A DNA stretch of 64,000 bases from Octopus vulgaris. Taxonomy: Eukaryota. The notes beneath the pieces were generated by a model. It saw only the letters and a program-made list of their open reading frames with translations, ran no database searches and was not told the DNA's origin. The position numbers and the translations under genes are program-made. Positions 1 through 12,456 of the stretch are shown here, piece after piece. Position 1 is the first letter of the stretch, and each line of letters opens with the position of its first letter. The DNA lies in assembly GCA_951406725.2 (NCBI GenBank), contig OX597816.1:149110001-149174000 (forward strand). The letters are read 5' to 3'.

Positions 1-1299
1 GGGGCAACCGATAAGCACACGATTTTAAGTAATGGCAAAGCAATAATCAAAACGATAATGGCAGAAACGGTACCCAAATGGAAAACAAAGGGCTATTTAA
101 AAACAGTAAAAAAAATCGTAGACAGGTTTCAGGTTTTCAAGCACAAAAACTGTTTACTGTGCTTGTAGGTTGGTGAAAAAAACGTTGGCTGCTCAAGAGA
201 AGCAGTAATCAAAAAGTGATATCAAACACGAAAACGTCTATTTTTTACTCAAAAAATGATGCTGAACTACAAATTCTCTAATTAATACTTTGGTTAATCA
301 AATCTTGAACTGATATCGAGCACAAAAAGACCAAAAAAATTGGTGTCAAACTGCAGAAGATGCTTTAAGTAAGTGTTAATTTATGAGTTGATAGGCAAAA
401 ATATAGCCGGGCAACCCAAGTAAAAGTGATAGGTAAAATGGAATTTTATGAACAAAACTTGTGGTCAGTAACGGAAATCGAGTCACGAAGCGTAATTGTG
501 AAAAGCGTTTGAGTTTGGTCGCCAAAGCATGCATCCTCATGCTTAATTAACGCATCGAATCTTAATTTATAATTATCTAGTACGCGCAAATCCAAGGCCG
601 CGCATCCAACGTCAGATGTTTACGTATGTCCCTCAGCAGCATTGGCCAGTACACGCACGCATGCATATACGCACACGTTCAAGGTCAAACGCAGTGCCAT
701 GTTCACGCACAGGATGACTAAGTGCCTACACGGGAAAAGGCTTTTTGTGGTGTTTGATGCACGGGCTAATTAATTAGTGGAAAGTGGATTCAAGTTAGAA
801 AAACATAGGGCATTTGTGAAGTGAGAAAACCCAATCTATTTGCGGTAGCAAACAAAGAGCTTATTATGTGGAAGTTAAGGCTAAAAGAAAGCGGTTGTAA
901 TTCAATTTGAATGGGGAAGCCCGTAAGGTATTTTTATGGGCAAACTCTAATCAAATTAAGATTTCACGCACCATAAGTAATAATCTGAGTACCCTTGTCA
1001 CCTGCTATGTAGATAGCGAACGATTCGACCTCAGGCTGAATGCGAACTCAACAAACAATGGTTATGTGTATTTTCAAAATCATGCTGTGGTACGGTCAAA
1101 ATTCGAGTTTTTTCGCATTCTTCTTCCTCCTTTTTTTGTCCGACTATGACATGTGCACAGTTCCGCTAACTGAAAGCTTCATATTATGTGCTTGTTGTTC
1201 GTTTCCGGTGTTTCAATAAAAAGTTCTTACTTAATCAAGGTAGTGCAGAAACACTGTATGACTCGTGAGTTCTAGCCTTGAATTGTCTTAGGTACCGGT

Positions 1300-1470
1300 G
1301 TGCTTACCTATAAAATGGGGTAAGAACAAGACTCAAGCTTTTTACAGATAAAGATTTCTTCGTTTTGTGCTAAATCCCTTTCTTTGTTTTCGGAAATTAT
1401 GTTCGCCTTTCCTGTTTGCAAACGCGCACGCGCATGCAACTGATAAGGGTAAAATTATCTCCGTCCAATC
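1300..1470 (-). promoter_or_regulatory. Possible promoter and non-coding first exon of a leftward gene
   Basis: NRF1-like CGCGCACGCGCATGC (1423-1437), CCAAT (1465-1469), ETS-like CGGAAAT (1391-1397), minus-strand donor TAG|GTAAGC at 1308/1307. Confidence 0.35.
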
Positions 1471-1512
1471 AAAAAACAGCTAGCAGTCTATTCGGCGTAT
1501 CTAGCTGTACGC

Positions 1513-1687
1513 CACTGACCATTCAGAGACGAAGAGGCCGACCAAGAATCCGCTGGCTTGACACCATCAAGAGTGATACCGGAATAGACATAGCCAATCT
1601 GAAAGAAGCGGCCCAGGAAAGAACTGACTGGAGGACACTGATCCAACGAGTAACCGAGAGTCGACTTCGACTGAGCGGATAGATAGA
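1513..1687 (+). mobile_element. 5'-truncated RTE-clade LINE 3' end
   Basis: RRRGRPRIRWLD...DWR C-terminal motif, (GATA)n tail, 11-bp TSD TAGCTGTACGC (1502-1512, 1688-1698). Confidence 0.85.
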
Positions 1688-1825
1688 TAGCTGTACGCAC
1701 GCACCGCGTACAAATTTCTGTTTTAGCGATTTTGAACGGATATGCCCATAACTTATGGGCATAAGGAATCGGTTTATCGATTTTTTTTAATGGCTTTCTG
1801 GGGTGACGGGGGAAATGAAAAGATC

Positions 1826-2230
1826 GGATCTTTTCGGTTTGACCAGCAGTTTTTAAAAATACTTTCCACGTAAACTTTTAAACTTCGTATACTGGTAGAA
1901 TGTGTTTATAAAACATCTTTTTCTCTTGGCCTTATTGAGAAAATTCTATAGCTTGTAAGATATTTGTTGTTTTTTTTCTTCAATTTCTGCTATTTCAACC
2001 AATCAATGACGTCTATTGAGGTGAAAATATTCTGTGCCGTATGAATATGCCCTTCGTTTAAGAAACAGATTGGGTTTATTTACATTTGTGAAGAAAAACA
2101 AGATACCCTCCCCCCCACTCTAACCCTAAAACAGATTGAAATGCAATAGATCAATACTAGGGTCATAATTATGGGTGACAATTTCATATGACACCGCTAG
2201 AAAAAACTGCCCTTCAAACTGAAAAGATCC
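1826..2230. mobile_element. MITE with about 17-bp TIRs
   Basis: GGATCTTTTCGGTTTGA ... TCAAACTGAAAAGATCC; no ORF; no TSD found. Confidence 0.7.
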
Positions 2231-3591
2231 TATTTTATACTAAAAAATAAAACACGGCACTTCTGAATATCAACAAACATGTCAGCCGATACGAGGGGCG
2301 GTAACTTGTATTAGATATTATTAATGATAGGAGAGGCCCGACAATAACGTTTGCAACTTCTTGATTATTTTTAATCAGATTTTTTACTGCGCACACTGAT
2401 AAGGGTTAGTATTGCACGTGCTGTTACCATGTAACAGCTATTTGCAAATATCTGTTCAGTGGTAACAGGACGTGCTAGAAATACCAGCCAAATTAGTTAA
2501 TGTTTAGAAGTACACCTGCACGTCAAACCACACCTCTGTTCTATCTTGTATATATACATTATAGTCTCTGGCCCACCAAAGCCTTGTGAGTGGATTTCGT
2601 ACACGGAAACTGATAGAACACTGTCGTATATATGTTTATATGCCCCCACCTTTGCTTTACAACCGATGTTGGTGTGTCTACATACCTATAACTTAGCAGT
2701 TCGGCAAAAGGCACTGATAGAATAATTAGTAGGCAGTGCTCCAGCATGGCTGCAGTCACCTGACTGAAACGAGTAAAACAATAAAGAACTATACCATTTT
2801 AATCCCGAGCAAGGCCAGGTATCTTTGCTAGTATATATAAAACAAAGAATGTCTGTGTAATACATATGCATTTCTACAGTTTTCAACTGATTATCGCCAA
2901 ACGTTACACACACATCACTTGTGTGCCAAGGATGGTCATGCACTATAATTTTTTGCCCAGCGCTCCTGCGTAAAGGGAGAAACAGGGAATAAAGGTGTTT
3001 TACATGGGTTTTATTTTTCTAACAACTGCAGTTTTCAACCGATTCTCTCCCTTTTCTCGTTCTGTTTCTCTTGCATATAATTTCTCTCACCTTTGGTAAT
3101 AGTTTCTCTTTTAGTCTGTCTTCTTTCTTTTCTCCATCCCTCCCTTTCTTTATTTCTCCTTCCCTCTTTCTTCCCTTTCTTTCATTCTTTTTCCCTCCCA
3201 CCCGCTTTCTTTCTGTTTGAGTAAAGGCAGTGGTCCAGTATGGCCACAGTCAAATAACTGAAACAAGTAAAAAAAATTTTTTAAACTGTCATTTTAATCC
3301 CAAGCAATGCCAGATTATCTCTGCTATTTCTAAATAGATTTGTAAAATTATGTTATGCAATATTTAAATAAATTTTAATAACTTTTACTGTAAGAAAAAT
3401 GGGCATAATGACAGATGCCAATATGCGCCTTATGAATACATTTCAACACCATACAGACCAGGCCGAAAGGAGCGTAGGCTCGAAACGTAAAAGACTTGTT
3501 TTATTTATATTCCTGAGCACCATACTAATACAATTGTTTGTTTGTCTTCCACCTGCCTTCGTCTTTTGTCTATTTTCATAAAGCTTCTCGT

Positions 3592-3622
<31 letters not shown>

Positions 3623-4085
3623 CTGAAGTGGTCTGTGTGTGTGTGTGGCAGGTTTGGTAGCCTTCAACTAACACTATCTCCTCCGAGACCCTGCGGCACA
3701 AGTTGACCAAAATTGAGAATATGATAGTAAAAGGCTTGCTCTTCATTCCGTAGAAGAAAAAATTCAAATCGGACCATGTTAACACCAAAAATTATTTACA
3801 TCAAAAAAGCAGTGCAGTTCGAAATTTGAGCTTCAACTTGATGCAAGGGAGATAACTAATGTCAATAAAAAAGACATTATCCATGTCAGCGCTTCACTTG
3901 CAGGAGCCATGTTTCTTATATGGACAATTATACGTTGGATGTTCCTGAGTCGGTAGTCAGAACAACCTATTTGCTTTGGTTCCATCTGGAAGAACAAAGA
4001 ACGTCTATCGCGAAGTGCTGTAACCATATTTCATCAACGACTATACTATATCGGCTATCTTATATTAACTGTGTTTATAAATGAA

Positions 4086-4719
4086 TCTATATATATATAT
4101 ATATATAAAGCTGAAGTTGTCTGTGTGTGTGTGGCAGGTTTATTGGCCTTCAACTAACACTATCTCCTCCGAGACCCTGCAGTGCAAGTTGACTAAAATT
4201 GAACTAACACTATCTCCTCCGACACCCTGCAGTGCAAGTTGACCAAAATTGAGAGTATAAGAGGTTTGCTAGTATATATTCCATAGAAGAAAAAATTCAA
4301 ATTGGACCATGTTAAGACCAAAAATTATTTACATCAAAAAGGTGCTTTTTTTCAATGAAAATTCCTATTTTTTAACGATTTTTTGACTGCTGTGTACTCT
4401 TTCTTAATGAATACTGTTGCAGCGTTAACTTCTTAATAGATTTTCAGTGCAGTTTGAAACTTGAGCTTCATTTTGCCTTAAATCTATGGGTAATTTTTTT
4501 CTCCATAATGCTAATAGAAGGAATATTAACCAACAATACCAACAATTGAAGTCGGCATTACACATTTGCAGCACATTCAAAGCAAACTCGAGCATCGCCA
4601 CACTATACTTTTATTCATAGATTGAAACCATGTCAAAACTTTGTTAATGCGACATCTAAGTCTGCCATTTTAAGCACAACTAAAAAACAAACCTGAGCAA
4701 TGCCGGGTTATACTGCTAG
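4086..4719 (+). mobile_element. Non-autonomous Helitron-like element; partial copy at about 3591-3840
   Basis: 5' TC start, subterminal GC-rich hairpin then CTAG|T. Similar 3' ends near 2800-2832 and 3297-3326. Confidence 0.6.
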
Positions 4720-4732
4720 TATATATATATAA

Positions 4733-4781
<49 letters not shown>

Positions 4782-4899
4782 AGGTTGGCCAAAAGTTTAA
4801 TTCCAAGATTAAAACAAAAAATTATTTTATATGAGAATTTGCTAATAAATAGACAAATGTTGAAAAAAAAAATATATATAGGGTACATATGAAATCAGA

Positions 4900-7130
4900 G
4901 TAAAAGTAAGGGTTCACCAAGGATCGGTCATCATAGTCCTTAAGAGGAATTTAAGTCAGGCTGCCCCTGGGATCTCCTCTACACTGATGACCTTGTTCTT
5001 CTTGCTGTATGGACTGTATGATGCCTGTGTGCAAACAGCTGTGCTACATGGGCTGTGATAGGCTTGAAAGAAACAAAGCTAGCATGCTTCACTGGATGTG
5101 CACGTACAACAGAGTGTAAGCACCTTGAGAGAAATGTTGAGCACAAGAGGCATCAGATGTGTGCAAGAGAGAAGACTGCAATGGTATAGTCATGTGATGC
5201 ATAAGGACAAGGACAGCTGTATAAAGAAGTGCTGATCTCTAACCATGGAGGGCATCTGTGGAAAAGGTAGACCCAGGAAGACATGGGACAAGGTGGTGAA
5301 GCATGATCTTCGAACAATGGGCCTCATGGAGGCAATGACTAGTGACCAAAACCTTTGGTGATATGCCGTGCTCAAGAAGACCCGTCAAGTTAAGTGAAAT
5401 CGTAGTTATGGCCGATGCCAGTGTCACATAATAAGCACCTGTTAAGCATTGGGCCTCACAGAGGCAATATGCCCGGTGCCAGTGTTGCGTAACTGGTACA
5501 TCAAAGCACTTTTCGAGCATTAGGCCTAACAATGACACATGACCAATACCTTTAGCAATATGCCATGCTTGAGATGCAGACGCACTGGTATCTTAACTAC
5601 AATTTCCATTTGATGGTGTTGACGTACTTGACTCAATAGGTCTCCTCAAGTAGAGCGGATCACTCTACGATCCAAGGTCAGCACAGCAGGCCATCCTGCG
5701 AGCATGAGCTCACATCATTTGTCAGGTCTTCGCAGTCACAGCATATCTCATAGGTCTCAGTCTTTCGTTATTTCCTCTGTGAGGCCCAATGTGCCACCAG
5801 CACAGGTATTACAACTAAAATAATCTATTTGATTTTTATTTTGATGTACTTGACTCAACAGGTCTCCTCAAGCACAGCAGGCTGTCCTGCAAGACATGAA
5901 CTCACTTCATTTGTCGGTTTTTGAAGTCACAGCATATCTCCAGAGGTCTTGGTCTTTCGTCATAGCCTGTGTGAGGCCCAGCGTACGGAGGTCATGCTTG
6001 ACCACCTCATCCCGTCTTCTTGAGTCTACCTCTACCCCGGAATCCTTCAACAGTTTGGGAGTGGCACCTCTTCACACATCTCTCCTCATTCATCCATAGT
6101 ACATGACCATACCAACGCAAACGTCTCTCCTGCATGCCACATCTGATGCTTCTTATGTCCAACATTTCTCCCAGGGCACTTACGCTCTGTCGTACATGAA
6201 CACTGACATTACACATCCAGCGGATCGTGCTAGCTTCATTTCTTTTGAGCATACGCATGTCCTCCACAGTCACAGCCCATGTTTCACTGCCGTTAAGCAT
6301 AGCAGTTCACACACATGCGTCATACAATCTACCTTTCACTCTGAGCGAGAGACCCTTTGTCGCCAGTAGGGGAAGAAGCTTTCTAAACTTTGCCGAGGCT
6401 ATTCTAGTGGTAACACTCTCTGAGCATCCATCCCCACTACTAACTTGGTCACCTAGGTAGCAGAAACTATCAACTACTTCTAGTTTCTACCCCCGGGAGT
6501 GTAATGGAATCTGTTTTCTGAATATCTGTGATGTCTCTTGCCCCTGTGCATCTGCCGCACACGAAAGCTATCTTCTCGGTTAATTTTCCTTTGATGTTGA
6601 TGCACCTTTTATGCATCCATAGCTTACACTGGGTACATCTTATGGAGTTTCTACCTAAACTTTTTCTACAGATCAAGCAGGGCCACTTACCTAAGGGGGT
6701 TGTTGTGAGTTTGCTTTCTACTTACTAGAACTTTGGTCTTTGCTACACTGACTCTAAGGCCTTTTGATTCTAAACCTAGCCTCCACACCCAAAATTTCTT
6801 TTCTAGTTCCAGTAGTGATTCTGCTAAGAGGGCTAGGTCATCAGCATAGAGGAGTTCCCAGGGGCAATCCGTCTTGAATTCCAGTTATTGCCTGGAGGTC
6901 TATGATGAATAAAAGAGGACTGAGGGCTGAACCATGATGGACGCCAACTTCTACCCAGAATTCTTCACTGTATTCATTGCTAATCCTAACCTAAAAGCCT
7001 CTCTGTAAATCATCAATAGCCAGTTTCTGCATCGCCCACCAGACAAGGGATCGGGGGACCCTGTCAAAGGCTTTCTTCAAGTCCACAAAAGCTAAGTGTA
7101 GGGGTTTATTCTTTGGTCCTCACATTGCTG
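4900..7130. mobile_element. Degenerate RTE LINE fragments in both orientations (+ about 4900-5400; - about 5900-7130)
   Basis: GSETW, RRLRWYGHV, RGRGR motifs; LLYADDL and FVDLKKAFDRV on minus strand; stops and frameshifts. Confidence 0.85.
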
Positions 7131-7647
7131 GACATTGGCAAACTTCTTTTCCACTTCAATCTTGGCTATGTATACCTGCCACCCAGCCTCCTTTTTGGCT
7201 GGGTAGCAGGTATACATGCATATATATACACACACTTTTTTTTATGAGTTAACAAGGCTACTAATGATTTCATGGAAAGAGGGATCGCTTAATTTTTAAG
7301 CTTGCTCCAAGGGAACATTAGCTTTTGCCTCTATTTTGGATGAGAATACATGAATTTACACAACACTGTACAGAATTTGGGGATAAATTTACAGATCATG
7401 GTAGATAACTTATAAAGAAATCTTGTTTCCTCATAAACAGTTTGTGCAAAGGCTTTATAGATTTAGGTATTCTATAGAAAAATCCAACAACAAAGGAATC
7501 TGGTTGTTACCTATAATTAAAATTTGTAAAGAGATTCTTACAAAACAGAAAAAGGGTTTTTTTTCAGAGAAATCAAACAAAACAATTATTTTGGAAATTT
7601 TTAATATACAAATATAATTATTTATCAAAATATAAATACTCAGTCAG

Positions 7648-7678
<31 letters not shown>

Positions 7679-7702
7679 ATCAAAAGATTAATTTTTATGG
7701 TG

Positions 7703-8593
7703 TCAAGTAAGGTCATTTGCTTTATATAAACTTATACTTTTGACATTGGTAACTTGTGTTGATGATAATGGTAAACTGTCCCCTCCTGCTGTAAAAAGTC
7801 CTACAGGATAGACACCTTCATTGCTACCAGAAGTCACATTGCTGTCAATTGACTGAGTTGTTATAGTTTGATTGAGTGGTTTTGAAGGGTCTTCTCTTAT
7901 GGGACTGGACTGAGAACACATTTTCTCTACAATACATGATGCAGGGGATAAGTCAGAAACTAGAGAACTTTCAAATACATTAGATTTTAATTTAGCTGTT
8001 ATTCCATGTATTATATCTGTTGCTGCTTCATTTGAAACTGTAGATGTATCAAAATATTTATTCAGGTGACCATATTCGTCATCTTCAGGCCCAACAGGTT
8101 CAATTTTCACACCAGGGGCCATGCAAAAATTTTCAGAAAAGTTATTGTTTGTACTCAGTGATCCAATCTCAGAAGGCTCTTGTTTAATATCAAATGCTTG
8201 TGTAGTGATGGATGGAGTAGACTGAGATGTAACTGAAATGATAGATGATGATGGTAGAGGTGGTGGAACTGATAGTTTGGTCTGTGTGTTGTAATGGTCA
8301 CCTAAGACAGTAGATGTTGAAATATGTGGTTGAGATTCTTCATATGGAAGGCGACTATCACACAGTTGTTCAAATTCTTTCATGTCCAAACGTTTTGCAA
8401 TGATTTTCAACTGATGTAAAATATCTGGATCAAGATCTAATAATCCATTGTACATGTATTCAGCAAAGGCATTTAAAGCTTGTGTACTTACTTCCTCTGG
8501 AAAGTTAATTTCAAGAAAATTGCGAGAGGGGATATTTGTACTAAATACTGACAATAATTTTGGACACACAGCAGACAGGACAACTTTATGTAC
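7703..8593 (-). CDS. BTB module 1, exon C (terminal coding exon): C-terminal BTB half plus Ser/Thr/Pro-rich tail
   Basis: Acceptor TTTCAG|GTA at 8594/8593. VHKVVLSAVCPKL...FAEYMYNG...LC matches BTB/POZ motifs. Stop at 7703-7705; 891 nt. Paralogous to 31126-32103 and 61536-62600. Confidence 0.9.
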   Translation of the reverse strand, partial: VHKVVLSAVCPKLLSVFSTNIPSRNFLEINFPEEVSTQALNAFAEYMYNGLLDLDPDILHQLKIIAKRLDMKEFEQLCDSRLPYEESQPHISTSTVLGDHYNTQTKLSVPPPLPSSSIISVTSQSTPSITTQAFDIKQEPSEIGSLSTNNNFSENFCMAPGVKIEPVGPEDDEYGHLNKYFDTSTVSNEAATDIIHGITAKLKSNVFESSLVSDLSPASCIVEKMCSQSSPIREDPSKPLNQTITTQSIDSNVTSGSNEGVYPVGLFTAGGDSLPLSSTQVTNVKSISLYKANDLT

Positions 8594-8791
8594 CTGAAAC
8601 AAAGTAAATGATAAAACATGCTAATAACTTAACTTAAATCAAGGAGTAAGTCTTTATTCCTTGTTTTTCTCCCCAAAATATTCAATTCCAAACAGGAAAA
8701 CAATTGTCTCTAATGAAAAATTAGTAAAATTCAAAAGTTATTTTGATTTGTGTATCTTTATTAGCAATTTGAAAAAAATTATATCAATATA

Positions 8792-9190
8792 GGCGCAGGA
8801 GTGGCTGTGGTAAGTAGCTTGCTAACCAACCACATGGTTCCGGGTTCAGTCCCACTGCGTGGCATCTTGGGCAGGCGTCTTCTGCTATAGCCCTGGGCAG
8901 ACCAATGCCTTGTGAGTGGATTTGGTAGACAGAAACTGAAAGAAGCCTGTCGTATATATGTATATATATATATGTATGCGTGTGAGTTTGTGTGTCTGTG
9001 TTTGTCCCCCTAGCATTGCTTGACAACCGATGCTGGTGTGTTTACATCCCCGTCACTTAGCGGTTTGGCAAAAGAGACTGATAGAATAAGTACTGGGCTT
9101 CCAAAGAATAAGTCCCGGGGTTGATTTGCTCGACTAAAGGCGGTGCTCCAGCATGGCCACAGTCAAATGACTGAAACAAGTAAGAAGAGT
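8792..9190 (+). mobile_element. tRNA-derived SINE, family A (in BTB1 intron)
   Basis: A/B-box head (TGGTAAG, GGTTCAGTCCC). Close copy at 49205-49597 (-); decayed copies near 2560-2780, 29940-30295, 35843-36200, 52880-53205. Confidence 0.88.
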
Positions 9191-9680
9191 ATATGATGTG
9201 CAGGTAACTTTAAAAATCTTAAGAAACTGTTTGATAACTATTATAAAACACACTGAGAAAGAGAAACTTGTTTACTGGACACTTGGAGCTAACATATTTT
9301 CATGGCATATATAAACTGTCCTTTTTTACCAAAAAAAAAATGTTTCAAAAAGTTGGGCCTCCCATAAGCTTGTATTTTCTCCTATATTTTATTATTGTAA
9401 TCATGTAGAATATTTTCACTAGCATGATTCCTGAATTTAGGTTGAGTTGCACTGCTAACTTACTTTTTATATGCAGCGATTGTTTTCTGCTATAGCTAAA
9501 ATATACTGTAATATATACTAGATTACTTTAAATATTACATGCTTTTATCCACTAAAACTCTTTTTCTTGAATATGCACTATGGAAATTGTGGGGGGGGGG
9601 GCATCTATTGCGCCATCAAGTGCAGCAACTATGTTGGAGGCATTTCTAAATACTAAAGTTTTAAAAAGCAATATACTTAC

Positions 9681-9942
9681 CATCACAGCAGATGAACCAT
9701 TACTAATACTAGCATCACACAGTTTTCTATTCCTCCACAGCGAAGCAATGTTAGACATCACACGGCGCTGATAATTAGCAATTACAAATATCTGTTTCCG
9801 TGGAGTTTTTTCCACAGGTTTTCTTTTAGACACTTTTATTTGAGATGTTTTGGCAACACTTGAATGTTGCTGGACTGTCATGTGAGAAGTATCCTGGATA
9901 GATTTTGCAGATACCTGAGATGCTGGAATGATATTTATTTGC
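9681..9942 (-). CDS. BTB module 1, exon B: linker and N-terminal BTB half (LWRNRKLCDASI)
   Basis: Acceptor TTTTAG|G (phase 2), donor ATG|GTAAGT (phase 0), 262 nt; joins exon C in frame (AVM|VHK). Confidence 0.88.
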
Positions 9943-10056
9943 CTAAAATGTAAAATTTGTAAATAATATAAATGAAATAATATAAATAATATTTGTAAAT
10001 AATACAAATATGATGCAAATTTAATTACCAAAATTCCAATTTTAATTACCACATAC

Positions 10057-10235
10057 CTATCATCTAATTGCTGATCATTGATCTGCCTTTTCTGGACTTT
10101 TGGTGCTGATGGTTGAAGAGGTGATTCATCTGCAATGTGCACAGTTGCAGAAGAGTTATTCACAATATACATCATTTTATTTTGCAATTTTTCAGTTTTT
10201 CCATAATGATCTTCCATTAAATTAGCTGTCTGCAA
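10057..10235 (-). CDS. BTB module 1, exon A (linker)
   Basis: Phase-0 acceptor TTTATAG|TTG (in-frame alternative CAG| giving start 10229); phase-2 donor AG|GTATGT. ATVHIADESPLQPSAPKVQKRQ aligns with exon A of the other modules. Confidence 0.8.
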
Positions 10236-11013
10236 CTATAAATAAAATTTTTTTTTTTTACTAAAATGAAAATTATTTGTATAACAGCAATACCCAAAAC
10301 TTGATTTCAGACACATGAAAAAGTAAAAGACATGAGATTCATAAACCAGGTTAAAACAGCTTATCTATGTAACGATGTGTTTATTGTAACACACACAAAA
10401 TTAACATAACTTGATATCCATTTTCCATTATGGCAGGTTTGAATAGTTCATTTGTCCCACTGTGTCATCTTGCAAAGAGCCTACAAAATGAGAAGAACAG
10501 AGAAAAATGACAAATTTTGCTGGTGTGTATATCTTACAGTGTGGAATAGCTGATTTTATTGTGCCACCGGCGCTACTGGGGTTTCCACATGTAGGGAGAA
10601 CAAAAGTCTCTACCTCCTATATTCAGTTCAAATTAACAGTTATCAACTGTCTAAACAGGTAGCTCTGATGCAGGTTGCAGAGTCAACAATCTCAATCATA
10701 TGCTTCAATTATTTGACATGGTTTCTACAGTCCAATGCCTGTCTTATCACCAACTCTCTTTCTCTTTATATATACATAAGCACCCATGCCAATGACATGT
10801 AAAAGGCACTCATGACAAGTGACATGTAAAAGGCACCCATGATGGTGACACAAAGGAACCTGTTCCAAAGACACTCTTGAAGTGGTTGGTGTTAGAAAAG
10901 GCAAAGCCAAAATCAGACTGGAGCCTGATATAGTTCTCCGGCTTACCAGTTCTAGTCAAACCATCTAACTCATGCCAGCATGGATAACAGATGCTAAATG
11001 ATGATGATGATGA

Positions 11014-11048
<35 letters not shown>

Positions 11049-11828
11049 TAGTTGAGAAAGGGGTTAAGTATCCATACAAATCAAAAGTTATAGTTAAAAA
11101 AATAAAGGTGGAAACAGCACAAAAGTATGTTTAAAGATTGTTTTATATTTGTTACGTTGAGGGACTTTTTATAAATGCACGTACGTGTGTAGCCCAAAAA
11201 ATGATTACCTGCTTTGTTTCTCACAAATTTGCCATAATAAAAACTGAACAAAATGCTGAGGTTAATAAGCATGTCTCAACATGGTCAGCTCTGGTAGAAA
11301 TTGTGGAGTTCCATCACACTGCTAATATGACATTTGTGAAACATCTGCTCCAGGGAGAACTAACTAATAGCACAAAAGGGTAAGGAAACATACAAGAGCA
11401 GGTTCTGCTCTTGTATGATTGCAGCCATAGTTAGAAGAGTGATGGAAGGCTGGGTGTTAGGAAGATGAGAGGTGAGAAAGATTTGATAGATTAGGTACAA
11501 GGGAAATATAGAAATACATTATTAGTCAAATGAATATTTAAAATAAAATATCTGTAACCATATACTAAAAACAATATTGTTGAATACACCAACATTTATT
11601 GATACATAAAGATGCATGTATTTCAATACAGAAGTGAGCACACCAACACAAAAGTAATGCAACAGAAAGGCAAGTCTTACAATTCAAACAATAAGGAGAC
11701 AACATTTTTCTTCATTATTATTCTAACAATCAACATGAGAGGAAGATTTGAACCATTACTTGAGGAACTGGAAATGATGAAAGTACAAGTTGTAATGTAA
11801 CTGAGGGATACTTCATCTATTTAATTAA

Positions 11829-12057
11829 GGCGGCGAGCTGGCAGAAACGTTAGCACACCGGGCGAAATGCCTAGCCGTATTTCGTCTGCCGTTACGTTCT
11901 GAGTTCAAATTCCGCCGAGGTCGACTTTGCCTTTCATCCTTTCGGGGTCGATAAATTAAGTACCAGTTACGCACTGGGTCAATGTAATCGACTTAATCCC
12001 TTTGTCTGTCCTTGTTTGTCCTCTCTGTGTTTAGCCCCTTGTGGGTAGTAAAGAATA
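11829..12057 (+). mobile_element. tRNA-derived SINE, family B (Meta-domain-like core)
   Basis: GAGTTCAAATTCC B box, GCCTTTCATCCTTTCGGGGTCGATAAA core, TSD TATTTAATTAA on both sides. Decayed minus copies near 17530-17720 and 53895-54098. Confidence 0.85.
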
Positions 12058-12177
12058 TATTTAATTAAGATATCAGACTCTACACTTTTGTATTGAGTTC
12101 TTTTTTATCTTCTTCAATTTGACATTCGAATTTTTACCCGAATAAGGTTACCAAACCAAAAGAAGAAGGAAACAAAC

Positions 12178-12456
12178 CAAATTTATTTCTGCTGCCTGTG
12201 TCAGTTGGATACATTTTGATGTCGGTTGTGAAGCTTCAGCTGCCCGTTTTTGTCGCTTTTTAATTCTGTCTAGGGTTTTTCGCCTAGAAGTCTTTTCAGG
12301 AGTTTCTGTTGCTCGTATCAGTTGCATTCTGATTCTGTTTTTGGTCCTTCGTTCTGCAGTCTTCTCTGCCGTTTCTACTGCCCGCAAGCTTCGCATTCTT
12401 CTTGCACTGTCTTTCCGTCGTTGCTCAACACTCGTAGATCGTGATCGAGGCATCAT
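12178..12456 (-). CDS. Candidate alternative first exon: STPR-like 23-aa repeat basic DNA-binding domain (93 codons)
   Basis: ATG start. Two 23-residue units ETAEKTAERRTKNRIRMQLIRAT and ETPEKTSRRKTLDRIKKRQKRAA. Phase-0 donor TTG|GTTTGT at 12178/12177. Confidence 0.7.

Noticed and set aside
1085-1155. Minus-strand RTKKGGRR peptide resembling a FLYWCH start
   Set aside because: No following Y/W/C/H pattern and an early stop; likely chance.
9552-10235. 227-aa ORF as one exon
   Set aside because: Reads through a 114-nt GT-AG intron (9943-10056) whose position is shared with the paralogs.
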